From positions 1 to 24,562 of IMG/VR virus record IMGVR_UViG_3300020045_001154: 24,562 bases of DNA. The stretch is one strand, 5' to 3'. The first letter of the stretch is position 1; each line of letters starts with the position of its first letter. Source of the stretch: a virus (taxonomy: Duplodnaviria; Caudoviricetes). Under the pieces are notes generated by a model. That model did no database searches and was not told the origin of the DNA. It worked only from the letters and a program-made list of their open reading frames with translations. This document shows, in pieces, positions 19,050-24,562 of this stretch. The position numbers and the translations under genes are program-made.

Positions 19050-19370
19050 TTAATAATTATCTTCTAATGCATTTTGAATACGTTTAATTTCTTCTTCAGT
19101 TAATTCTTTTGCATCGATGTTTAAATTCGTTTGCTTAATTTCTTGTGGTGCTTTGCCAAATATATGTTCCGCAATAAACAACTGACCTCTTTGGCTTTCC
19201 ATTAAAGTCTTTTTAATAAAATGTATCTTAGCTTCGTCATCAGTTTCTTTATCGTACATTTCTTTTAAAGCTGATATAAAAAGACTATTTACTTTTTCTT
19301 CATCTGCTTTAGGTTTACGACCAGCGCTTTTATGACCTCCGTTGTTCTTTCGTTTATCCTCTTTTTCCAT
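19050..19370 (-). CDS. terS: Terminase small subunit
   Basis: KNNGGHKSAGRKPK N-terminal motif and EHIFGKAPQ. Abuts terL. ATG 19370 is preferred over TTG 19376. Confidence 0.7.
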   Translation of the reverse strand: MEKEDKRKNNGGHKSAGRKPKADEEKVNSLFISALKEMYDKETDDEAKIHFIKKTLMESQRGQLFIAEHIFGKAPQEIKQTNLNIDAKELTEEEIKRIQNALEDNY

Positions 19371-19372
19371 AA

Positions 19373-19525
19373 TCAATTAATTGAAATTTTTATATCTTCA
19401 AAATCATATCCTCTTACATCTAACAAAATAATATAATTTTTATATTTTTGAACTAATTGAGTTTTAAAATCACAATTATAATTTTTATAAATAGATATTC
19501 TTGTTTTAAAAAATGTATTTTCCAT
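19373..19525 (-). CDS. Hypothetical 50-aa protein, first gene after the terminase-operon promoter
   Basis: Not in the ORF track: MENTFFKTRISIYKNYNCDFKTQLVQKYKNYIILLDVRGYDFEDIKISIN*. Ends 2 nt before the terS ATG. Confidence 0.5.
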   Translation of the reverse strand: MENTFFKTRISIYKNYNCDFKTQLVQKYKNYIILLDVRGYDFEDIKISIN

Positions 19526-19535
19526 AATTAAAAAA

Positions 19536-19560
19536 GTTATTAATAATAATTCTAAATAAG
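19536..19560. promoter_or_regulatory. Fur-box-like imperfect palindrome just downstream of a promoter
   Basis: Minus strand CTT-ATTTAGAATTATTATTAAT-AAC, a 17/19 match to ATTTAGAATTATTCTAAAT. Confidence 0.45.
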
Positions 19561-19568
19561 AATAGAAA

Positions 19569-19599
19569 CAAATTTACGTATTATTTTTTAATTAATCAA
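19569..19599 (-). promoter_or_regulatory. Bacteroidetes-type promoter for the terminase/tail operon
   Basis: TTG (19599-19597)-N20-TAAATTTG (19576-19569). Confidence 0.6.
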
Positions 19600-19931
19600 T
19601 AATTTATTTTAGAATCTACTAAAATACACTTATCGTTGTCTATCCATTCTTTAATTATTTTACCAACCTTTTGCTTACACATTCCTAATCTTTCGGAAAT
19701 ATTCCTATATGAATTATCTTTAGTGATTAGATACATTTGTATAACGCTTATTTTTATTTTGTCGTTTACTACTTGTTTTTTTTTCTTCTCGAAGTTTTTA
19801 ATTAGTTCGATATTTTTATCTGTGTATCTTTTTCCGAATATACCTAACTTCTTTTCTCTATCGTAAACGGTAAAATAATTTATTCCTGTTATTTCCGATA
19901 CTTCCATTCTCGATAAAAACTCACTACTCAT
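19596..19931 (-). CDS. Putative DNA-binding protein with two HTH-like segments
   Basis: LSRMEVSEITGINYFTVY and SYRNISERLGMCKQKVGKII. Confidence 0.6.
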   Translation of the reverse strand: MSSEFLSRMEVSEITGINYFTVYDREKKLGIFGKRYTDKNIELIKNFEKKKKQVVNDKIKISVIQMYLITKDNSYRNISERLGMCKQKVGKIIKEWIDNDKCILVDSKINY

Positions 19932-20362
19932 AACTTATAAACCACAAAATTAAAATCAAAGTTTGGCACACTTGCTGGATTACTATCGATAATCACGTCG
20001 AAACTATTTAGAGTCGCGTTCGTGTATGATAAGTGTCTTAACTTCCCACATAGTAAAATCACGTAGTTATTGTCGATTTGCGGAACTATAAACGTAACTC
20101 GGTATGTTGTGTTATTAATCTTTGTTGTAGTTGCTCCAAAGCTTTTTAAAAGCGTTCCAGTGTTATCGACTACACCCATGCAAATACTTTGGTATGGTGC
20201 CGTTGCTAATACTCCGTTTATATTGCTTTCAACTGTTCCTAATGTAAGGCTTCTTACACGAGTTGTTCCATTTACATCCAAAGTATTACTTGGTGTTGTA
20301 GTCCCGATTCCAACTTGGCTCATTGCGAAGATAGGGAATAGTAATATAATTAGTTTTTTCAT
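19928..20362 (-). CDS. Secreted protein with VGIGTTTP motif and fibre-tip-like C-terminal domain
   Basis: Signal peptide MKKLIILLFPIFAMS followed by Q, then VGIGTTTPSNTLDVNG and a beta-rich C-terminus (YRVTF...DNNYVILL...FNFVVY). Confidence 0.65.
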   Translation of the reverse strand: MKKLIILLFPIFAMSQVGIGTTTPSNTLDVNGTTRVRSLTLGTVESNINGVLATAPYQSICMGVVDNTGTLLKSFGATTTKINNTTYRVTFIVPQIDNNYVILLCGKLRHLSYTNATLNSFDVIIDSNPASVPNFDFNFVVYKL

Positions 20363-20364
20363 AG

Positions 20365-20577
20365 TTAATAAATTGGTGGTTCTGGTTTTTGTATTGGTTG
20401 GTAATGAGAATAAACCATTAAATATCCTGATATTTTGTGCTTAAATCTACTGCTCCAATTGTTAGTGGTTATTAATCCGTTTTTTGTCATAAACCATAAT
20501 TGAATGGTTTTATCTGTTTTAGGCAAATCTGCTTCGCTTTCAATTTTTATCCACCCGTTGTTATCTTGTTTTTTCAT
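20365..20577 (-). CDS. DUF551-like small protein
   Basis: GWIKIESEADLP...SHYQPIQKPEPP pattern. Confidence 0.6.
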   Translation of the reverse strand: MKKQDNNGWIKIESEADLPKTDKTIQLWFMTKNGLITTNNWSSRFKHKISGYLMVYSHYQPIQKPEPPIY

Positions 20578-20588
20578 TTGATTAGTTT

Positions 20589-20756
20589 TTATCTTAATTT
20601 TTTCATTGTTTCTTCGCTAAAAATAACGCATCTTTTTAAAAAGCCTTTAGTTTCTGTGCCGTTAATGATATGTATTATATACCCTTGTTCTTCTTCGCAT
20701 TCACCACAAGGACAATTCATATTAAAGGCAACCTCTGTTCCTATTTTAAATTTCAT
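20589..20756 (-). CDS. Hypothetical 55-aa protein with CPCGEC motif
   Basis: Start reassigned to ATG 20756 (MKFKIGTEV), 4 nt after the upstream stop, which removes a 77-nt overlap. Confidence 0.55.
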   Translation of the reverse strand: MKFKIGTEVAFNMNCPCGECEEEQGYIIHIINGTETKGFLKRCVIFSEETMKKLR

Positions 20757-20760
20757 TTGA

Positions 20761-20961
20761 TTAGTTTTTAAAGGTTTCGTTGTAATAATCCTCAGAATAT
20801 GAATAAGGATGAATGGAGTCATCATAATGCGCATCAATAATCTGTTGCTTTTCTAATTCTTTGGCTTTGTTGATAATTAATTTACCATAACTACTATCTA
20901 CATAACATAGTAATTCGTTTACCAACCATTCAACTGCCGTTAATTTCTTTTCTGTACTCAT
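20761..20961 (-). CDS. Small phage hypothetical protein (TAVEWL...AKELEKQQIIDA...YYNETF type)
   Basis: Motif pattern recurrent in Bacteroidetes phage accessory regions. Confidence 0.6.
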   Translation of the reverse strand: MSTEKKLTAVEWLVNELLCYVDSSYGKLIINKAKELEKQQIIDAHYDDSIHPYSYSEDYYNETFKN

Positions 20962-20973
20962 AATTTTAGTTGT

Positions 20974-21063
20974 TTAAATTGAAACTGTAATAAATAACAA
21001 TGTTAATAATAAAAATATTGTAATTAATAATATAAATGCAAATTTTATTTCTTGTTTTCTCAT
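20974..21063 (-). CDS. 29-aa hydrophobic membrane peptide
   Basis: Not in the ORF track: MRKQEIKFAFILLITIFLLLTLLFITVSI*. ATG lies 4 nt after the upstream stop. Confidence 0.45.
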   Translation of the reverse strand: MRKQEIKFAFILLITIFLLLTLLFITVSI

Positions 21064-21067
21064 ATCT

Positions 21068-21679
21068 CTAATTTTTAAACAATTCCATTATTTCTTTTAC
21101 TTTTTCGTCACTACCTAAAATTGCGGTTAGTTGTTCTTCTTTGGTGGGTTCTAGTGGTTTGCAATAAGTCCAAGATACAAGTTGTTCATCATACCAAGCA
21201 ATAGTTTTAATTCCTCTTTTACCTATTACTTTTCTTTTGTGCCATCTTTCTTCGTTATCACTCACCAACATCATCACTCCATCGCTTAAAGTTGGTATTT
21301 CATCTTCTACAAATAAAGTAAATGCTTTTGGGTTCCAATCGTCTGAAAAATAACCTAACCCCCACATGTTTTTAGGGTCTAAAACAACTGTACCACTTGT
21401 TTCCGATTGACCTGCTAAAATAACAACCCCATCTTGTTGAATGTATTTATTTCCTTTTATTAATTTATCTTCATCTTCTACTAAATGAGCTTCTATTTGG
21501 TTAGCTGGGTACGCAAAACCATCTTCATCAAACTCAACTATACACCAATCTTCATTTTTATCATATTGCTTTATAGTTCCAATCTTACCAATATAATTAT
21601 CCATTTTTTGTAAGTACCATAATTTTTCAAACTTAAAGCCTTTTACTTTTTTTCCTATTAATCTCTCTGGGTTTCCCAT
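21068..21679 (-). CDS. Hypothetical protein
   Basis: 203 aa that appears to be several small beta-barrel-like modules. First gene behind leader element A. Confidence 0.6.
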   Translation of the reverse strand: MGNPERLIGKKVKGFKFEKLWYLQKMDNYIGKIGTIKQYDKNEDWCIVEFDEDGFAYPANQIEAHLVEDEDKLIKGNKYIQQDGVVILAGQSETSGTVVLDPKNMWGLGYFSDDWNPKAFTLFVEDEIPTLSDGVMMLVSDNEERWHKRKVIGKRGIKTIAWYDEQLVSWTYCKPLEPTKEEQLTAILGSDEKVKEIMELFKN

Positions 21680-21700
21680 AATGTTATTTTTTTTTAAATT

Positions 21701-21801
21701 AAAAAAGCCTTTTAATACTCACACATCTTGTACTTGTGCTTTCCTAAAAGGCTAATCGTTTATTTTTTCGTCCGATAGTACAAGTATCGTTTAATTGACA
21801 T
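21701..21801 (-). ncRNA. Structured leader / attenuator element A (kissing-loop terminator)
   Basis: Hairpin CGAUA-CUUGUAC-UAUCG (21789-21773). Terminator AGCCUUUUA...UAAAAGGCU+UUUUU (21753-21701) whose apical loop AGUACAAGA contains GUACAAG. Confidence 0.65.
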
Positions 21802-21805
21802 GAGG

Positions 21806-21835
21806 CAAACTTACAAATTAAAATTGAATTAACAA
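21806..21835 (-). promoter_or_regulatory. Bacteroidetes-type promoter for leader A
   Basis: TTG (21835-21833)-N19-TAAGTTTG (21813-21806). Confidence 0.7.
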
Positions 21836-22015
21836 CTGTTTTTGTGAATTATTTTCAAGATTATTAATATCACATATTACCACATCGTTAAATTTATTAT
21901 GCGATATGACTTTACTCAAAATAGGAATCAATAGTGTACAAGTAGCAATATTACCGTGCATCTTTTCAATTGTCATTAATTGACTCGTTATTTTATGTTT
22001 GTATATTTTGTTCAT
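21818..22015 (-). CDS. Hypothetical protein
   Basis: 65 aa ORF overlapping the 3' end of the HNH gene. Confidence 0.5.
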   Translation of the reverse strand: MNKIYKHKITSQLMTIEKMHGNIATCTLLIPILSKVISHNKFNDVVICDINNLENNSQKQLLIQF

Positions 22016-22535
22016 TTAAAATAATTTCTTTTAATCTTTTTTGATATGCTAAATGAGCATTATATTCAATATTAAAATCACCTAAATATTCTATTTTTTT
22101 ATTGTTTCTTATAGCTGCTCTCCATTTTTTTGTATTTTTATACCAAAATACACCGACGTAATTAGAACTATATTTTTTGCTTTTAAGGCTTGAATTTTGT
22201 CTGTTTGTTACTATTTCTAAATTTTTTAAATTATTATTTAGCTTATTTAAATCTACGTGATTAACAACTAATTTGTGACCGCAAGTAATATGATTTAAAA
22301 AACAAATAGAAACTAATTGATGCACATATCTTTTTTTTAATTTATTATCTTTATAAAGATTTACTGCAAAATATCCCTTACCAACTAAATGTTGTTTTAA
22401 AATTCTTTCTCTTATTGGTAAATTAGTTTTGTTAATTCTTAATTTAATTCTTTGTAAACTTTTTACCCTACCTAAATTACTTACTTGGTAATCTTCAAAA
22501 CCTATAATTGTTTTCCAAATTTCTATTTGTTCCAT
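21993..22535 (-). CDS. NUMOD4-HNH-AP2 homing endonuclease
   Basis: NUMOD4 (EIWKTIIGFEDYQVSNLGRVKS), HNH (VHQLV...VVNHVDLNKLNNNLKNLE...N) and AP2 (SNYVGVFW...KKWRAAI...YLGDF...AHLAY). Start set to ATG 22535. Confidence 0.9.
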   Translation of the reverse strand: MEQIEIWKTIIGFEDYQVSNLGRVKSLQRIKLRINKTNLPIRERILKQHLVGKGYFAVNLYKDNKLKKRYVHQLVSICFLNHITCGHKLVVNHVDLNKLNNNLKNLEIVTNRQNSSLKSKKYSSNYVGVFWYKNTKKWRAAIRNNKKIEYLGDFNIEYNAHLAYQKRLKEIILNEQNIQT

Positions 22536-22541
22536 AAACGT

Positions 22542-22621
22542 AAAAACCAGCAAATCAAAAGGTGGTCGTCTTTATCATTGCTGGAATTTTATAATGTTGT
22601 TAATTAGGCGACCACTCCTAT
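22542..22621 (-). ncRNA. Structured leader / attenuator element B (kissing-loop terminator)
   Basis: Hairpin UAGG-AGUGGUCG-CCUA (22620-22605). Terminator CCAGCAA...UUGCUGG+UUUUU (22584-22542) with apical loop ACGACCAC. Confidence 0.65.
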
Positions 22622-22625
22622 AAAA

Positions 22626-22656
22626 CAAAAGTATGAAATATTATTTAAATACGCAA
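22626..22656 (-). promoter_or_regulatory. Bacteroidetes-type promoter for leader B / HNH
   Basis: TTG (22656-22654)-N20-TACTTTTG (22633-22626). Confidence 0.7.
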
Positions 22657-22887
22657 CTATTTTTTATTTATTTTTTCGTAACAGTAAAGTATTGTTTTAT
22701 GAACCGCTAAATTAATTTCGTTTTGTGCTATTGCTTTATCAAATCTTTGTAATTTTCCGTTGTTGTCTATTTCAATATACCACTTGTTACGGTGGCTTAT
22801 CGGATAAACTTTCACCCCAGCTTTTATAATTTCGTAATTCTGATTAGAAACGTCTGGTAGGTTTGTTATTTTAGCTCTCTTACTCAT
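22657..22887 (-). CDS. Hypothetical protein
   Basis: 76 aa, coupled (ATGA overlap) to the methyltransferase gene. Confidence 0.55.
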   Translation of the reverse strand: MSKRAKITNLPDVSNQNYEIIKAGVKVYPISHRNKWYIEIDNNGKLQRFDKAIAQNEINLAVHKTILYCYEKINKK

Positions 22888-23540
22888 TCAAACATTGATA
22901 TTTGATTAGTATTATTATCTTGTATTATTCCGCGCATAGTATTATAAATAGTTTTTCCTGCTTCAAAATCAACTAAATTTCGAGCTACTTTTATCATGCT
23001 TTGTTCGCCTTTATAACTTGAAATATCAATTTTATGAAACTCGCATAGCTTTTTTAATTCGTCTTTTCCTGCTCCTATTTGTATTCTTCTATCTCCTAAA
23101 TCAGTTGGTAAATTAAAATTTGTCCAATACAAATGACGACCTCTTTTTTTAGCAGGAATTAAAGGTTCATAATACGGAATTACATTTTCAACTACAAACT
23201 TACCAGTTCTATAATAATGCTGCAAAAATAATATTTCTTCATATAATTTCATATCAGGATAAATAGCTTCTGTTGTTGTGTCATAATTTGAACTACTCCA
23301 ATACCTGGCGCGTGAATGGCTTGGGCAAGGTGGCGAACTCCATATAAAATCAAACTCTTTGTAATTGTCTAATAAGTATTGGTGTGCATCTGCAACTACA
23401 ACAGTGTCATTCGGAAAACGCTCTTTATACATTCTTGCAAGTTCGCTATCTAATTCAACTGCGGTTACTTCGCAATCTTCCCAAAGTAATCTATTACCAC
23501 CCATGCAAGCATATAAATTTAATACTTTTAATTTTTTCAT
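22884..23540 (-). CDS. Short C5 cytosine DNA methyltransferase
   Basis: Motif I-like LYACMGG, catalytic SPPC, ENV, RGRH. Only 218 aa. Confidence 0.85.
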   Translation of the reverse strand: MKKLKVLNLYACMGGNRLLWEDCEVTAVELDSELARMYKERFPNDTVVVADAHQYLLDNYKEFDFIWSSPPCPSHSRARYWSSSNYDTTTEAIYPDMKLYEEILFLQHYYRTGKFVVENVIPYYEPLIPAKKRGRHLYWTNFNLPTDLGDRRIQIGAGKDELKKLCEFHKIDISSYKGEQSMIKVARNLVDFEAGKTIYNTMRGIIQDNNTNQISMFE

Positions 23541-23583
23541 AATATTTTATTTTAGTTTGTTATTTCTTTACGCTTTGCCATAA

Positions 23584-24562
23584 TTAAAAAGGACAATCCA
23601 TTTCTATATTTTCATTTGAAGCAAAGGCTTCGTTTGGTGTTGGTTTAGGTAGTTCTATTTGTTCTAATTTAATTTCTGGATTAGTTTTTTGATTTTTATA
23701 ATGAATCCAGTTAAACATATTTCTATTATCTTCTTCAACGTATCTACCAGAATCTAAATCATAATTAAAATTTACATTTCCAACTTCTCCCCAATGTGAA
23801 AACTTTACTTTCTGAACATAAATTTCTGTTCTGTTTTCTGCAAAGTTTCTATAAACAGTTATTCCGTTATCAGTTTTATTGTAAAAATTAGCTGAACCAG
23901 AAATATTATAAAGGTTTGGAATCTCATACATTTGTGTGTCTTTATTTTTCAAAATCTTTGTAGGGTGTGCAACTAAAAAACAATGTACATTATTTTCTTC
24001 ACAAAAATTACTTAATTTATCTAAACTTTCACCAATGTATTTTGTTTCACTTTGCCCATATTTATGTTCTAATTTATTCCAGGCGTCAATAACAAAAGCA
24101 TCTACTCCGTTTGTGGCTTTTAATTGCTTAACGTGGTTTAAAATAGAATCTAAAGTAAAATCCTTTTCTGGCTTTATAAACCAAAACTTTTTATTTAAAA
24201 ATTCTTTTACTTCATTTAGTTCGTTTAGTTCTATTCTACCAGGACCAAACCATTTTTTACCTACTAACTTCCTTGCAAGTTTTGATATATGCAATCTTGT
24301 TGGTTTATTTTCTGGACTGTAAAAAGCAAATTTCCAATCGTTTTGAATATTCAACATTAAAGCAAGTTGGTCAACAAAATCAGATTTACCATGTCCAGGT
24401 ACACCCGTAACAGTTGTTATGTAACCTTTTGCAAATCTTAATTTTTTATCAAATTCATTCATACCAGTAGCAACTCCATTATCTAAACCATTTACATACA
24501 TATCGTTTATTTCTAAATCAATATCTTCAATAGTAAAAACACCCTCTAAAGGAAATGACTTT
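23584..24562 (-). CDS. Twinkle / T7 gp4-like SF4 helicase (C-terminal part, probably primase-helicase)
   Basis: Walker A GVPGHGKS, Walker B VIDAWN, LVAHP, ISGSANFYNKTDN and QKVKF. The frame stays open from 24501 to the window end (KSFPLEGVFTIEDID...), so the gene is 5'-truncated. Confidence 0.9.
   Translation of the reverse strand, partial: KSFPLEGVFTIEDIDLEINDMYVNGLDNGVATGMNEFDKKLRFAKGYITTVTGVPGHGKSDFVDQLALMLNIQNDWKFAFYSPENKPTRLHISKLARKLVGKKWFGPGRIELNELNEVKEFLNKKFWFIKPEKDFTLDSILNHVKQLKATNGVDAFVIDAWNKLEHKYGQSETKYIGESLDKLSNFCEENNVHCFLVAHPTKILKNKDTQMYEIPNLYNISGSANFYNKTDNGITVYRNFAENRTEIYVQKVKFSHWGEVGNVNFNYDLDSGRYVEEDNRNMFNWIHYKNQKTNPEIKLEQIELPKPTPNEAFASNENIEMDCPF

Noticed and set aside
20757-20837. 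Long N-terminus of ORF 20589..20837
   Set aside because: It overlaps the upstream gene by 77 nt, and ATG 20756 is better placed.
21701-22621. Leaders as tRNA, CRISPR repeats, ribozymes or IS ends
   Set aside because: No cloverleaf, repeat-spacer periodicity, recognisable hammerhead/HDV core or transposase. The two elements are not sequence repeats.
2162-24322. Plus-strand ORFs in the track (e.g. 4931..5266, 10208..10609, 12487..12867, 20070..20444, 23936..24322)
   Set aside because: They lie antisense to well-supported minus-strand genes, mostly use GTG/TTG starts and have no recognisable motifs, so they are treated as shadow ORFs.
1-24562. Alternative genetic code, introns or inteins
   Set aside because: Standard-code ORFs tile the window densely, and terL, portal, capsid and helicase are of normal, uninterrupted size.

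Overview
AT-rich segment of a tailed dsDNA phage or prophage, probably a siphovirus of a Flavobacteriia/Bacteroidetes host. The host inference rests on TAnnTTTG/TTG promoters, a Q-rule signal peptide and Bacteroidetes-type portal/adaptor proteins. Almost all genes are on the minus strand, so transcription runs from high to low coordinates. The order is: Twinkle/T7-gp4-like helicase (partial), short C5 DNA methyltransferase, NUMOD4-HNH-AP2 endonuclease, small accessory genes, terS/terL, tail completion and tail-tip genes, a tailspike-like RBP, tape measure, a three-gene mini-operon, ClpP-like protease, major capsid, tail tube, portal, adaptor, a fibre with its chaperone, and a holin-like cluster. 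No integrase, tRNA, CRISPR array or reverse transcriptase is visible, so lifestyle cannot be called. The most striking unexplained signals are non-coding. (1) Two promoter-proximal leaders (21701-21835 and 22542-22656) share an architecture but not sequence: a 5' hairpin whose loop is a perfect 7-nt complement of the loop of a downstream terminator. These are candidate kissing-loop attenuators or sRNA switches. (2) A mirror-symmetric divergent promoter pair surrounds a palindrome upstream of the head operon and may drive a hidden plus-strand membrane peptide. (3) Two Fur-box-like sites lie near the terminase and head promoters. There is also a secreted mini-fibre-like protein in the accessory region. 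All protein calls come from motif recognition and synteny, not database searches.
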